Of a DNA stretch of 26,108 bases, positions 15,361 to 26,052 are shown piece by piece. Both the position numbers and the translations under genes were made by a program. The DNA comes from Thainema sp. (GTDB lineage: Bacteria > Cyanobacteriota > Cyanobacteriia > Phormidesmidales > Phormidesmidaceae). The notes beneath the pieces are model-generated. The model had not been told where the DNA came from and did no database searches. It saw only the letters and a program-made list of their open reading frames with translations. Each line of letters opens with the position of its first letter. Position 1 is the first letter of the stretch. The stretch covers positions 1-26,108 of the forward strand of contig JBQLZK010000078.1 of assembly GCA_052168235.1 (NCBI GenBank), read 5' to 3'.

Positions 15361-16103
15361 CCCGCTAGCGCGAGTTCTTCTTGCAAAACATCCCAATAAA
15401 TATCCGGCAGCGCACTCGTCATCGAATTGCTTTCGATGCCATAGCCCAAGCTCGTCCAAGTGCCGGAGAGCAGTTCCAGCACCTGATAAATCTCTCCCTG
15501 TTGCAGCAGGGCCGAAATGTCATAGCCGCCCCAGGCGTAGGGGTCGCTGAGCCACGCATAGACGACCTGGTCTTGGTATTCCGGTTCGAAACTGTAGGTG
15601 CTCCAAGGGGTATACCAGGCGGGGGGTTGGGGATGATACAGCTCAGCCTTTTCTTTCCAAGTGGTGGTTAAAAACTGATAGCGTCCTGCCGCTGTGGTGC
15701 AGTTGCCGATGTTTGGCCCCACTGCAATCGTTAAGCAGCGATCGGGATGGTGATTAAAGTTTTGAATCAGATCGCCCCCGTACAGCATGGCATAGGGCTG
15801 ATCGCTGTTCGATTCGCTGGCCGAAATCGTCCGCATCAACGCCCGGATGTAAGGATCTCCCCCCTGCATGGCGAGCGGTAAAGGACGCGAAACCGGATTA
15901 GCCGTAAAGAAGCGCTGGACGGCTTTGGATTTGAGAGCTTCGGGTGAAGGAGGGGATGTGTAGAGAAATGCCAACAGACCACCTACCACCAAAATGAGAC
16001 TGCCCGTCAAAAACCGACGACGCTCTAGCTGGCGCTGCTGGCGGCGACGAACTCGGCGTCGAGATGGATAGGAAGACGGATTGACGGAGTGCGGGGATGT
16101 CAC
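15348..16103 (-). CDS. Membrane-anchored lambda-lysozyme-like muramidase / lytic transglycosylase (GH24/GH104-like)
   Basis: Basic N-terminus plus one TM helix; YIRALMRTISASES, TAAGRYQFLTTTW, FEPEYQD, WTSL motifs; GTG start; 3' end overlaps hik2 by 13 bp. Confidence 0.82.
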   Translation of the reverse strand: MTSPHSVNPSSYPSRRRVRRRQQRQLERRRFLTGSLILVVGGLLAFLYTSPPSPEALKSKAVQRFFTANPVSRPLPLAMQGGDPYIRALMRTISASESNSDQPYAMLYGGDLIQNFNHHPDRCLTIAVGPNIGNCTTAAGRYQFLTTTWKEKAELYHPQPPAWYTPWSTYSFEPEYQDQVVYAWLSDPYAWGGYDISALLQQGEIYQVLELLSGTWTSLGYGIESNSMTSALPDIYWDVLQEELALAGYTP

Positions 16104-16391
16104 AGAGGCTGAATGGTTAAGGGGCTAAACCGTGTATTCTAAAGCATTGCAGTTATGCCGATGGTCGATTTAAGCGATGCGATCGCACCTGAGCACCATG
16201 ACATAACTTAAAACTCAACGTTCATCTTTATACCCATATTGCACCACTGCGCTCCTAGAATAGCAGACGATCCCCATTTCGCACTTGCCATTCATTGGAC
16301 TTTGGACTAATGCTTTGTCAAGTGTGTTTTGAGGGGTAGAAGCATTTTGAAAAAGATGACTCGGGTTCTTCTAGTCGGATTTGGGATGAGA

Positions 16392-17318
16392 TTACTGGGA
16401 TATAAACGGCGTGAAATCGATTTTAGCGACTTGATTTTCAATGTAAGCTCGCTGATCGGCGTTAAATAGCTGGGTAAACTTGGTGGAATTCTGGTTTTGA
16501 ATCGGCTGATGTACACTAGTTTTCCAACGTTCAGAGCTAAGCCTAACCTGCTGAGCCGTTTCACGATAACCATCTAGCATGGTCGATTCATAGACTATGC
16601 CGATGCGCTGACAGAGGGTTTCTAGAACTTGGGCGGGGTTCGCAACTAAGTCTTCATAGCGAACAAAGTGGTGATTAGGTCGCCCCTGATACCGCAGACT
16701 AATGCGGAGATCGCGTAGCCAGCGAGCCGTACAGAGCTTAACATCGGCAGGTTCGTCCGGCCACTGATCAGGATAGCGCTGGCGCACGTCATACAGCGAT
16801 GCCACTACATCGGTGCCGTTGCGCGCAAGGTGAATAAACTGCGCATCCGGCACCTGCTGCACGATATAGTCAAGATAGTACAAATGCTGAGGCGTTTTCT
16901 CTAGCCAAATTGGCTGCTGCTGCCGCTGGGCGACTTGATCGAGGACATGAAAAAAGGCCTGCGTATACTGCCGTTTAGTTGCGATCGCAGCTTTGGGCAA
17001 CTCCTGCTCTAGATCAGGCTGGTTGATGTCCTGGAGAAACTGGCGCAGGTGCGATCGCAATCGGGCTAACGCCATGCCAAAGATTAACTTTCGTGCTGCC
17101 AGCTTAAACAGGGGACGAGTCAACGCTGTTTCAAACGGCCAGTCAGTAAACTGCTGCGCCTTGTCGGCACTGAACAAATAGAGAAAAAATTGCGATTCTG
17201 GAAACGACTGCACTTGAGAATGGCTGGCCAGCAGGCTCTGGAGCAGTGTCGTACCCGAGCGGGGACAGCCGACAAGAAACAGCCGTTTTTGAATTGATGA
17301 CTCAGATCCGTTTGCCAT
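16392..17318 (-). CDS. Sulfotransferase (PAPS-dependent, Sulfotransfer_3-like); ORF open to 17348
   Basis: 5'-PSB loop FLVGCPRSGTTLL, WLEKTP, HLARNGTDVVAS, VRYEDLV. Confidence 0.9.
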   Translation of the reverse strand: MANGSESSIQKRLFLVGCPRSGTTLLQSLLASHSQVQSFPESQFFLYLFSADKAQQFTDWPFETALTRPLFKLAARKLIFGMALARLRSHLRQFLQDINQPDLEQELPKAAIATKRQYTQAFFHVLDQVAQRQQQPIWLEKTPQHLYYLDYIVQQVPDAQFIHLARNGTDVVASLYDVRQRYPDQWPDEPADVKLCTARWLRDLRISLRYQGRPNHHFVRYEDLVANPAQVLETLCQRIGIVYESTMLDGYRETAQQVRLSSERWKTSVHQPIQNQNSTKFTQLFNADQRAYIENQVAKIDFTPFISQ

Positions 17319-17405
17319 AAGTGCCTTTCGTGGGTGAGCATGGCCCACCTTCTAGTACCGATATGAATCTATGTGAGAGCCAACACGAGCGCTAACTCTC
17401 ATACG

Positions 17406-18311
17406 TTACAGTCGCCGTCGAACCGCTTTCCACACTAACGCTGGGGAAAAGAAGAATGCCTGCACCAGTAAATAATAAGCAAACAGCGGCTGGCAATTTG
17501 CTTCCCGTAGTTTACGGGCAATATTCATTGACCAGCGGCTTTTGGCGGTGTGGCGCAGATGCCGATAGGGTTTTCCTTCTGGCGTGTCGAGAAAACTGTC
17601 AACCGATTGAATAACTTCTTTGGCATAGAGCCGAATGTTTTGGGTCAGCCCATCCGCTTCTTGGACTCGGATCACGAGCGCTTCTGGGACATGCACGTAG
17701 TCGCCATAGGCCAGCAGGCGCAAATACAGCTCGCGATCGTGGCAAATTTTGAGCGCTTCGTTCAACAGCCCGGTTTGGAGCAGACAGCGACGCCGTGCGA
17801 CAACCAACGACATTGTCCAAATCAGCGGACTCATCAGCATATGCTGCGTCGCATCGGTATACATCGGCCACACTTTTGACGATACGACCACCTGTTCCAC
17901 TCCAGCTTCACCACTTTGATTTGCACCAATTTGATTCATGACATCACAGGCACTCAGCGCGGCATCGGGATGAGCAGCCAGTGCGTTTGCATGGGCTTCC
18001 AGAAAACCGGGCAACCACTGATCGTCAGAATCCAAAAACGCAACCCAGTCTCCTTGCGCCTGCGCGATCGCAACATTACGCGCCCCAGCAGCCCCCCGAT
18101 TGTGCGGTAAGGCAATCACCTGAAGTTGGGGATACTGCGCGGCAGGATAGGTGTCATGTAGCCATTCCACCGTGCCATCGGTTGAGCAATCATCGGCAAT
18201 TAGCAGCTCGTAGTCCTGCACAGTTTGCTTGAGGACACTTGCGATCGCAGTCGGCAAGCAGCGTCGCCGATTGTAGGTGGGCATGATGATTGAGAACTTA
18301 GGAGCCGCCAT
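17406..18311 (-). CDS. Glycosyltransferase family 2
   Basis: SIIMPTYNR, ADDCSTDGT, GAAGARN, AFLDSDD. Confidence 0.92.
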   Translation of the reverse strand: MAAPKFSIIMPTYNRRRCLPTAIASVLKQTVQDYELLIADDCSTDGTVEWLHDTYPAAQYPQLQVIALPHNRGAAGARNVAIAQAQGDWVAFLDSDDQWLPGFLEAHANALAAHPDAALSACDVMNQIGANQSGEAGVEQVVVSSKVWPMYTDATQHMLMSPLIWTMSLVVARRRCLLQTGLLNEALKICHDRELYLRLLAYGDYVHVPEALVIRVQEADGLTQNIRLYAKEVIQSVDSFLDTPEGKPYRHLRHTAKSRWSMNIARKLREANCQPLFAYYLLVQAFFFSPALVWKAVRRRL

Positions 18312-18343
18312 GGTGGGTTTCTGGGTTAATTCGATGGGTGGGG

Positions 18344-18413
18344 TGTTGGGTGCTAGGTATTGGATGCTGAGAATTAAGAATGGAAAATTAAGAATGGAGA
18401 ATTAGGGACTGGG
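18344..18413 (+). repeat. Compound degenerate heptamer tandem repeat x10, STRR-like
   Basis: tgttggg tgctagg tattgga tgctgag aattaag aatggaa aattaag aatggag aattagg gactggg. Confidence 0.75.
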
Positions 18414-18461
18414 ATTAATCTTCAGGCAGTGAGAGGCTCTAACAGGACGATAGTACTCCTA

Positions 18462-19649
18462 TCAGGGCAATATTATTTCTCTGCGATAAAGTTGCTTAAG
18501 GAGGAGTGCTTCGATTTGACTGACTGTTTGATTGAGGCTGAAGTGGTGGGCAACGTGTTGACGAGTGCGATCGCACAGGTTGGGGTCGTGATCTCGCCAG
18601 TCCAGCCAGTTGATGATTCGCTGTGCTAGTGCTGCCGCATCGCCGGGAGGAAACAGTCCGGCTGCAAATTCGCCAGTCAGGATTTCAGGAATGCCGCCGA
18701 CATGGCTACCTAGGGCTGGGGTGCCGCAGGCCATTGACTCGATTAATGTCCGACCAAAGGGTTCGGCGTAGGTGCTAGGTAAAACCGTTAGGTCGCTCTG
18801 CTGATAAATTGTCAATGGCTGAGACTCAAACGGACGAAATTTTACAACTGACGCGAGTCCTAAACGATCGGCTAGTACTTGCAGCGATTCAATATATGCG
18901 GCTGCGGCTGCGGGCGAGGGGTGCAGAACGGGCCGACCAATAATCCAAAGCTTGAGAACGCGATCCGGTTGCGCTTGAACGACTTTGGCCACAGCTTCGA
19001 TGAGCGTCTCCAGACCTTTGCCCGGATCGAGGCGACCCAGGTAGGTAATGATGCGCGTCTGGGGAGATAGCTCAGCTTGCTGTTGGATTTGAGCCGGATC
19101 ACCAGGAGTAAACCGCTCCACATCAATGCCATTGTGGATGACTTGGATGCGATCGCAGTCTAAACCAGCCTGGCTCCAGTCCTGCTTCATCTGCTGGGAT
19201 ACGGTGATGTATTGCTGGAAGCGGCGCATCGGCCAGCCATACTGGTGGGGCATTGGCTGCACGACGGGCTGCCGAATGTGAAATACCACGGGCCAGTTTC
19301 CCCATCGCCCCAGACCATACGCAAACAGACTGAGCATGTGATCGTCGATATACAGCACGGTAGGGTCTGCATCTGTTCTGCCCTGCCGAAGAGCTTTCAT
19401 CGTCTGGCGCAGGCTCTGGCCAAACTGTAGAACCGACTGCCAGCCCTTGCTCTTGTTAATATCGTGAGCCTGCACCTGAATCAGCCGACGACAAAACGCA
19501 GCGTAGGACTGGCGCAGATCGCCATCTTTCAAGAACAGCAGGTCAATGGTGTGGTTGCGATCGCACAGGCTGCGACAGACATCGAGCATCGACCGCTGCT
19601 TGCCACCGCGTGAGACATCTAATTCCGTCGTAAAGGCAACAATCCGCAT
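18462..19649 (-). CDS. Glycosyltransferase family 4 (GT-B, retaining)
   Basis: VIHNGID, YLGRLDPGKG, EPFGRTLIESMACGTP, VGGIPE. Confidence 0.92.
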   Translation of the reverse strand: MRIVAFTTELDVSRGGKQRSMLDVCRSLCDRNHTIDLLFLKDGDLRQSYAAFCRRLIQVQAHDINKSKGWQSVLQFGQSLRQTMKALRQGRTDADPTVLYIDDHMLSLFAYGLGRWGNWPVVFHIRQPVVQPMPHQYGWPMRRFQQYITVSQQMKQDWSQAGLDCDRIQVIHNGIDVERFTPGDPAQIQQQAELSPQTRIITYLGRLDPGKGLETLIEAVAKVVQAQPDRVLKLWIIGRPVLHPSPAAAAAYIESLQVLADRLGLASVVKFRPFESQPLTIYQQSDLTVLPSTYAEPFGRTLIESMACGTPALGSHVGGIPEILTGEFAAGLFPPGDAAALAQRIINWLDWRDHDPNLCDRTRQHVAHHFSLNQTVSQIEALLLKQLYRREIILP

Positions 19650-19653
19650 GGCA

Positions 19654-20601
19654 TCAGGGCTTCCGCAACCGCCAGCAAATCCACGGGCTGATCACGCTTC
19701 CCCAGTGAAACGCCAGTTCTGTGCGCAGAGCAATATCTTGATAGGTCTGGTAGCGATGAGTCAGCAGCAGCAGCAGCGATCGCTTCAAACCACCCAGCAC
19801 GGTTCGCAGCATGATTTTGGGTGCTTGAGCCGCAGTGGCAGTTACCAGTCGCAGTTGGCAGGTCGCTAAGCCGCAGGCATAGGCTAGACGAATCAAGTAA
19901 TCGCGCTCAAATCGCTGGGCCGATAGCTGGTGATGAGTTTGTAAATCGGGCGTGTACCAAATTTCCCAGCCGGCTTTGTGCAAATAGAGCAGCGGCTCAT
20001 AGTCATCCCCTTGGACAAAGAAACCAGGCCGCTTGCCGCTCAGCGTCGGCAGTTTAGGAACGCTCTCAATCCAGGCTTGTTTACGAATTACTAGCGAGGC
20101 CGCTGGCGGCAGCAGCAGGTTATCTGGATCAAAGGCACAAGGCTGATGACCGTGATCACGAATCGCTAGGTAAATGGCAATCCGATTAAAGTCAGACGGC
20201 ACTGAGGCATCCGTCGCGAGACGAATCCGACCACTAAATGCGCCGAGCCGAGGACGATGATGGCGAAACTGAGCAGCAACGCTCAGCCAATTTGGTTCCG
20301 GCCAGTTATCGTCGTCCAGAAAGCCAATCCACTCGCCATTCGCCGCACCAATTGCCGTAAGGCGCGCATAGGCGGCTCCCTGTTGCGGTTCAAAAGCATA
20401 GCGAATCGGCACTGGAAACGTTGCGTCTGCCTGGTACTGCTCGACAATCTGGCACGTGTTATCCGAACTATTGTTATCGACGATCAAAATTTCCCAGGCA
20501 AGCTGATCCACCTGGGTTTGCGATCGCAATTTTTCTAATAGGGCCGGAATGCGATCGCCACCGTTATAGGTCGGAATGGCGATCGTGAAATCTAGGGTCA
20601 T
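19654..20601 (-). CDS. hpsE: HpsE-like GT2 glycosyltransferase (hormogonium polysaccharide family), paralog 2
   Basis: DFTIAIPTYNG, VDNNSSD, QGAAYAR, GFLDDDNWP, LLPPAASLVIRKQAW, GDDYE. Confidence 0.8.
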   Translation of the reverse strand: MTLDFTIAIPTYNGGDRIPALLEKLRSQTQVDQLAWEILIVDNNSSDNTCQIVEQYQADATFPVPIRYAFEPQQGAAYARLTAIGAANGEWIGFLDDDNWPEPNWLSVAAQFRHHRPRLGAFSGRIRLATDASVPSDFNRIAIYLAIRDHGHQPCAFDPDNLLLPPAASLVIRKQAWIESVPKLPTLSGKRPGFFVQGDDYEPLLYLHKAGWEIWYTPDLQTHHQLSAQRFERDYLIRLAYACGLATCQLRLVTATAAQAPKIMLRTVLGGLKRSLLLLLTHRYQTYQDIALRTELAFHWGSVISPWICWRLRKP

Positions 20602-20629
20602 TCACTTAGGTTGGGTACTGAGCTAGCAC

Positions 20630-21613
20630 TTAATTCTGTCGTCTTAGCACCAGTTTGCCCCAAATGTACCAGGGACTCATCAAGCAGGCGATTAAGAATT
20701 GAGTCTCACAAGCAGCCACAAGGTCAGTGAATGAACGTCGCCGATAGCACAGCAGATGCCAAATTAATTTTTGTAAATCGCTCAGCCAAAACAGTAGGAC
20801 AAATACGGGCCGCTGCCATACGGGAATGCTGAGCATGCGCGTTACATGTCGGCTCAGTCCCGTGCCGCGCATAAAGGGGATTAAATACTGCCGATTCAGT
20901 CGCCAGCGGGGAATCTGATGCACAATTTTCATCGCTGGATTGTGCCAAACTTCCCAGTTGTGGCACTGGAAATGGGCCAAAACCTCCAGGTCTTCGCCTG
21001 TTAACATGCTGGTTTTGGTGCGCCCAGTCAAAACGGCTCGCTTGGGAGTCGATTCCAGCCAAGCCTGTTTCCGCACCACGAGTCCTGCCGACGGCGGCAG
21101 CAATCGCTGATGCCGCCAATAGGGACGGGGTTCGGTTCCTAAGTTGGTAATCGCCAGAAACGGCTGAATCCGACCAAATTCTGGTGGCGGGGGAATTTCG
21201 TAATTACCGTCGATGTGGCTACCATAGGCTCCCACCTGGGGATGCTGCTGAGCAAAGGTGTAGGCAGCGGCAATCCAATGCGGGTCGGGATGATTGTCGT
21301 CGTCCAAAAAGCCGATCAGTTCGCTGTGGGCGTTTTGGACGGCGGTTTTACGGGCGTAGGCCGCGCCCTGACAGGTTTCACAGATGTAGCGAACGGTGCA
21401 GTTGGGCGTGAGCTGAGGCTGGTACTTCTGAACAACGGCGGCAGTATCGTCAGTGCTGTTGTTGTCAACGACCAACAGTTCCCAATGCAGATGTTCGATG
21501 CCCTGCTGCGATCGCAGTTTTTCCAACACGGCGGGTAGGCGCTGTGCGCCGTTATAGGTTGGAATCGCAACTGTAAAATCAACCTCGTGATGCTGTTCAT
21601 GAGGGGTAGACAT
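20630..21613 (-). CDS. hpsE: HpsE-like GT2 glycosyltransferase, paralog 1 (start ATG 21613 or 21643; ORF open to 21715)
   Basis: DFTVAIPTYNG, VDNNSTD, QGAAYAR, GFLDDDNHP, LLPPSAGLVVRKQAW, GEDLE. Confidence 0.85.
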   Translation of the reverse strand: MSTPHEQHHEVDFTVAIPTYNGAQRLPAVLEKLRSQQGIEHLHWELLVVDNNSTDDTAAVVQKYQPQLTPNCTVRYICETCQGAAYARKTAVQNAHSELIGFLDDDNHPDPHWIAAAYTFAQQHPQVGAYGSHIDGNYEIPPPPEFGRIQPFLAITNLGTEPRPYWRHQRLLPPSAGLVVRKQAWLESTPKRAVLTGRTKTSMLTGEDLEVLAHFQCHNWEVWHNPAMKIVHQIPRWRLNRQYLIPFMRGTGLSRHVTRMLSIPVWQRPVFVLLFWLSDLQKLIWHLLCYRRRSFTDLVAACETQFLIACLMSPWYIWGKLVLRRQN

Positions 21614-21899
21614 GGGAATGGGGTCGGCCTGGATTAAGGTCATCTCAGCTTTAAGACCACAGCAGCAAATGGCACCTGCCAGAGTTGTAATTGCAAGAAA
21701 TATCGGCAACCTCAACTAGAGGAATCCGCTACTTGGCGGTTGCAAACTCGCTTAAAGCAAGCTTAGGTTACCCAATATTAGGTGCTAATTCCCGTTGGCG
21801 GATTTAGAGTTGTCAGAAATTCACAGGCAAGCGAATGCTTCTTAAACGATTCTTGAAGAAACCATGATGCGACTTGACAGGAACAATTTAAGTCTGGCA

Positions 21900-24785
21900 T
21901 CAATCTGCCGCCGACTGCAACTCTGCAACAAGCTGAATCTCTTCTAGGAACTGGAGTCGTCCATCTTCCAAGTCAACTGTAATTGTGCTGCCTTCGGTAA
22001 ATGAGCCTTCCAAAATCTTGGTGGCAATTGGATTCTCTAACTCCCGCTGTAAGACTCGCTTGAGCGGACGGGCACCGTATACCGGATCATAGCCAGCATC
22101 GGCCAGATGATTCTGTGCCGCAATCGACAATTCCAGCGTGATTTTCTGGTCGGCCAGCAGATTGTGGATGCGCTGGAGCTGAATTTTGACGATTTGGCGC
22201 AGTTCGCCCCGGTTGAGCGGGTGGAACAGAATCACATCGTCAATCCGGTTGAGGAATTCGGGCCGGAAGTGCGATCGCAAAGCATCCATCACCTGAGCGC
22301 GAATCGCCTCAAACCGATCCTGATCGGCTTTTTGCTCCGCCTGAGCCTGTAGCGCTTCACGGGCAGCGGCTTTGCCATTAGCCGGATTAGGTTCATCCTG
22401 CTCTTCATCCTGGCTATTGATCGCCGCATCGATCACGTCAAGGGCTGCTTGAATGGTGGGGTCAAGCTCCTCGCGATCCAGATATCCGCGACAGTTGGTC
22501 TTAAGTAGCTCTTGCAGCTTCTTGCGGGTTTCGCTATAGGGCTGAGCGGCGGTGGCAGCAGGTAAGTTCAAAATGCGATCGCTACCGATGTTGCTGGTCA
22601 TGACGATTACCGTGTTGCGGAAATCCACTGTGCGCCCCTGAGAGTCGGTGATCCGCCCGTCATCTAGCACCTGGAGCAAAATATTGAACACATCGGGGTG
22701 CGCTTTTTCCACCTCGTCAAACAGAACAACCGAGTAGGCATGACGCCGCACCGCTTCCGAGAGTTGCCCACCTTCCTCATAGCCGACATAGCCGGGAGGC
22801 GCACCAATCAGCCGCGAAACGGAATGCTTTTCCATGTACTCGGACATATCCAACCGAATCAGCGCTTCGTCGGTGTCAAATAGCGCTTCAGCCAAAGCTC
22901 TGGCCAGCTCCGTTTTACCGACCCCAGTTGGCCCCATGAACAGGAACGACCCGATTGGACGACCGAGATCTTTCATCCCAGCCCGTGCGCGGCGAATGGC
23001 GGCGGATACTGCCTCGACGGCATCTTCTTGACCAATTACCCGCTGGTGCAAATAGTCTTCCAAGTGCAGCAGCTTCTGCCGCTCGGACTCCATCAGGCGG
23101 TTGACCGGAATGCCTGTCCATTTAGCAACAATTTCGGCAATGTCGGCCTCCGTCACCTGCTCCCGCAGCAGCGCTAAGCCGTGGGACTGAATGTCCAGCA
23201 GACTCGCTTCTTTCTCCTCCCGCTCCCGCTGCACCGTTTCCAATCGACCATACTTGAGCTGTGCCGCTGTATTGAGGTCATACTTCCGCTCGGCCTGCTC
23301 GATCTGGAGCCGGAGCTGATCTTCTTCTTCCTTAAGGGTGTTAATTGCGCCGAGGATTTCCTTTTCGTTTTGCCAGCGGGAGTTGAGTTTTTCCTGCTTT
23401 TTGCGCAGCGCGGCAATCTCAGACGTGATTCGCACTAAGCGCTCTTGGGAATCGCGATACAGCCCACCTGCGGCAGGAGATGAACCTTCGGCCTCAATCG
23501 ACAGCTTTTCCATCTCCAGCTGCATCACCCGCCGATCGATATCTTCCAGTTCAACGGGTTTGGAGGTAATCTCCATTTTGAGCTTGGCGGCAGCTTCGTC
23601 CACCAGGTCAATCGCTTTGTCCGGCAAAAAGCGATCGCTAATATACCGATCCGACAGCGTAGCCGCTGCAACCAGGGCAGAATCGGCAATCTGTACACCA
23701 TGATGTACTTCGTAGCGCTCTTTCAGACCCCGCAGAATCGAAATTGCGTCTTCCACCGATGGCTGACCAACCAGCACCTGCTGGAACCGTCGCTCCAGTG
23801 CGGCATCTTTCTCAATATGCTTGCGGTACTCATCCAGCGTCGTTGCGCCAATACAGCGCAGTTCACCCCGCGCCAGCATTGGCTTCAGCAAATTCCCGGC
23901 ATCCATCGTGCCTTGACCGGCACCGGAACCGACAACGGTGTGCAGCTCGTCGATAAACAGAACAATTTGGCCGCCGGAACTGGTCACTTCTCGCAGAACG
24001 GAGCGCAGTCGATCTTCGAACTCGCCGCGATACTTAGCACCCGCAATCAGCGCTCCCATATCTAAGGAGATCAACTGCCGATTTTTTAGCGAATCTGGCA
24101 CATCGCCATTGACGATACGCTGGGCTAGCGCTTCTGCGATCGCAGTTTTACCCACCCCCGGCTCTCCAATCAGCACCGGATTATTCTTGGTGCGGCGGGA
24201 CAGCACTTGAATCACGCGGCGAATCTCTTCATCTCGTCCAATCACCGGATCAATCTTGCCGGAACGAGCCGCTTCCGTCAGATCGCGACCGTACTTGTCT
24301 AGCGCTTCATACTGGGCTTCTGGGTTCTGATCGACAACTTTTTGATTGCCGCGTACCGATTTAATCGCCGTTTGAATGTTGGCCACGTCCGTGTTGAGCG
24401 ATCGCATAATTCGTCGCCCGACTCGATCGTCTTCAGCGAACGCAATCAGCAGATGCTCAACCGAAATAAATTTGTCTTCCAGGTTTTGCCGCGCTGCTTC
24501 AGCTTTATCAAGCAGCAGATCTAGACCGCGCCCTAGATACAACTGGTCACTGTCGCGCACCTTGGGCTGACGACTGGTAAACAGTTCTAGCTGCTGCACC
24601 ACTTTTTCGGGATCAACTGCCGCTTTTTCCAGCACCGAAACGGCTAACTCACCCTGCTCTAGCAGCGAAATCATGACGTGTTCGACTTCGAGCTGCTGCT
24701 GTTTGAAACGTCGGGCGACATCTTGTGCTTTGACAATCGCGTCCCAGGCTTTCTCCGTAAACTTGCTGGAATCGGTGGGCTGCAT
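21900..24785 (-). CDS. clpB: ATP-dependent chaperone ClpB (cyanobacterial ClpB2 type) with ~80-aa insertion in NBD2
   Basis: MQPTD..KFTEKAW N-terminus, two Walker A motifs ([16 protein letters not shown]), middle coiled-coil, GYVGY loop, [18 protein letters not shown]. Confidence 0.96.
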   Translation of the reverse strand: MQPTDSSKFTEKAWDAIVKAQDVARRFKQQQLEVEHVMISLLEQGELAVSVLEKAAVDPEKVVQQLELFTSRQPKVRDSDQLYLGRGLDLLLDKAEAARQNLEDKFISVEHLLIAFAEDDRVGRRIMRSLNTDVANIQTAIKSVRGNQKVVDQNPEAQYEALDKYGRDLTEAARSGKIDPVIGRDEEIRRVIQVLSRRTKNNPVLIGEPGVGKTAIAEALAQRIVNGDVPDSLKNRQLISLDMGALIAGAKYRGEFEDRLRSVLREVTSSGGQIVLFIDELHTVVGSGAGQGTMDAGNLLKPMLARGELRCIGATTLDEYRKHIEKDAALERRFQQVLVGQPSVEDAISILRGLKERYEVHHGVQIADSALVAAATLSDRYISDRFLPDKAIDLVDEAAAKLKMEITSKPVELEDIDRRVMQLEMEKLSIEAEGSSPAAGGLYRDSQERLVRITSEIAALRKKQEKLNSRWQNEKEILGAINTLKEEEDQLRLQIEQAERKYDLNTAAQLKYGRLETVQREREEKEASLLDIQSHGLALLREQVTEADIAEIVAKWTGIPVNRLMESERQKLLHLEDYLHQRVIGQEDAVEAVSAAIRRARAGMKDLGRPIGSFLFMGPTGVGKTELARALAEALFDTDEALIRLDMSEYMEKHSVSRLIGAPPGYVGYEEGGQLSEAVRRHAYSVVLFDEVEKAHPDVFNILLQVLDDGRITDSQGRTVDFRNTVIVMTSNIGSDRILNLPAATAAQPYSETRKKLQELLKTNCRGYLDREELDPTIQAALDVIDAAINSQDEEQDEPNPANGKAAAREALQAQAEQKADQDRFEAIRAQVMDALRSHFRPEFLNRIDDVILFHPLNRGELRQIVKIQLQRIHNLLADQKITLELSIAAQNHLADAGYDPVYGARPLKRVLQRELENPIATKILEGSFTEGSTITVDLEDGRLQFLEEIQLVAELQSAAD

Positions 24786-25020
24786 GTTTTGAGGTTACTT
24801 CTACAAACTAAATAACGTGGACTGAAAATTGGGCTACGCCAGCAAGATAAACGTCTATTGCGCCGTTGAACGTTGGTGGCTCTGCCAACTTACAATTAAA
24901 GCCTAGCCAAACGGTCTATTAAACTGAAGATCCGGAAACCGAACAAGCGTTTCTTTAGTTTAAGGCTGAGTTGATGGATGTCAGCTAGCTTACTTACCTT
25001 TGACTGTATCTTTAAATCCT

Positions 25021-25389
25021 ATGACACCCCAAGAGTCTAAATCGTCTTCTGTTGAGCCGAAAGATACCGCAAATCCTAAGCCCAAAGATGGAGATAAAAC
25101 CGAAGATAATATCTCACCGCTACGCTGCTTCTCTGGGGCGCTGATGTCGGGTACATTAGCCATGTTGATGTATCGCATGATGAGTGCGATCGCAGAAACC
25201 TATGCTAACAAACCCATTCACTCGACTAACGTCACCGCCATTAATATTGCAGCAGCAGTGCGGACACTAGTGGTAGGCATCGTAGCCCTAGGCGCAGGCA
25301 TCTTCGGCATTGCGGCGCTAGGACTGACGCTGCTGGGGATTCAGGTTTTGGTTCAGAAGCTGTTTGCGGCAGGGAAAGCCGAGGGGTAA
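25021..25389 (+). CDS. DUF3082-like membrane protein (ORF open from TTG 25000)
   Basis: SPLRCFSGALMSG, INIAAAVRTLVVG, two TM helices; family assignment from recall. Confidence 0.75.
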   Translation: MTPQESKSSSVEPKDTANPKPKDGDKTEDNISPLRCFSGALMSGTLAMLMYRMMSAIAETYANKPIHSTNVTAINIAAAVRTLVVGIVALGAGIFGIAALGLTLLGIQVLVQKLFAAGKAEG

Positions 25390-25447
25390 GGGTTGTAGAG
25401 CACGTTGTCACTAGCCCAGATTCGTAGCACTAGAAACTTTTCTCCTC

Positions 25448-25942
25448 ATGACACCCACTCCCCCCTGGATTTATTTGGCTGGCCCGCTGTTTACGCAGGC
25501 GGAAATGGCGTTTAACCAGTCGCTGGCTGATGAGTTGCGATCGCACGGCTACCGCATTTATCTCCCGCAGCAGGAATGTATGGGCACAACTGACCCCAAG
25601 GAGCTGTATCGCCTCTGCATGGTGGGGTTAGAGCAAGCTTGTCTGGTGCTGGTGATACTCGATGGTACTGATGCGGATTCGGGGAGCTGTTTTGAGATGG
25701 GCTATGCCTATGCAAAAGGGCTGCCGATTGTTGGCCTGCGGACGGACTTTCGCGGCAGCGGCGAGCATCTGGGCCTAAACCTAATGCTGACCAATAGCTG
25801 CACGCACCTGATTTTGAGGACGACGGACACGAATCGAGCCGAGCTGGATACGGTGACGTATATCGGCATGGATGCCGATATCGCGGCTGAGGTACTGCTG
25901 CGGCTGTCCTACATTCCCGGTGCGGAACAGGCTAAAGGTTGA
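25448..25942 (+). CDS. Nucleoside 2-deoxyribosyltransferase family protein
   Basis: IYLAGPLF, YLPQ, DSGSCFEMGYAYA, RTDFR, NLML. Confidence 0.88.
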   Translation: MTPTPPWIYLAGPLFTQAEMAFNQSLADELRSHGYRIYLPQQECMGTTDPKELYRLCMVGLEQACLVLVILDGTDADSGSCFEMGYAYAKGLPIVGLRTDFRGSGEHLGLNLMLTNSCTHLILRTTDTNRAELDTVTYIGMDADIAAEVLLRLSYIPGAEQAKG

Positions 25943-25992
25943 TGGATAAATTCTGAAGCATGAATAGTTGCATGACAGTGTCGGTGGTTTTG

Positions 25993-26052
25993 CCCTCACC
26001 CTAAATCCCTCTCCCACAGGAGAGGGACTTCCGATCCGGCTCCTCTTCTCCT
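25993..26052 (+). repeat. Partial cyanobacterial dispersed palindromic repeat (CCCTCACCCTAAATCCCTCTCCC...GGAGAGGGACTT type)
   Basis: Hairpin TCCCTCTCC-caca-GGAGAGGGA (26006-26027) inside a C-rich unit recognised from filamentous cyanobacteria; the G-rich second half is missing. Confidence 0.6.

Larger units (their letters stand above)
1506..25544. repeat. HIP1 octamer GCGATCGC dispersed across the window
   Basis: Roughly 35-40 copies counted by eye (first 1506-1513, last 25537-25544); fewer than one expected by chance in 26 kb. Confidence 0.95.

Noticed and set aside
22314..22562. Intein in clpB
   Set aside because: No N-terminal Cys/Ser block or C-terminal His-Asn followed by Cys/Ser/Thr; too short and helical.
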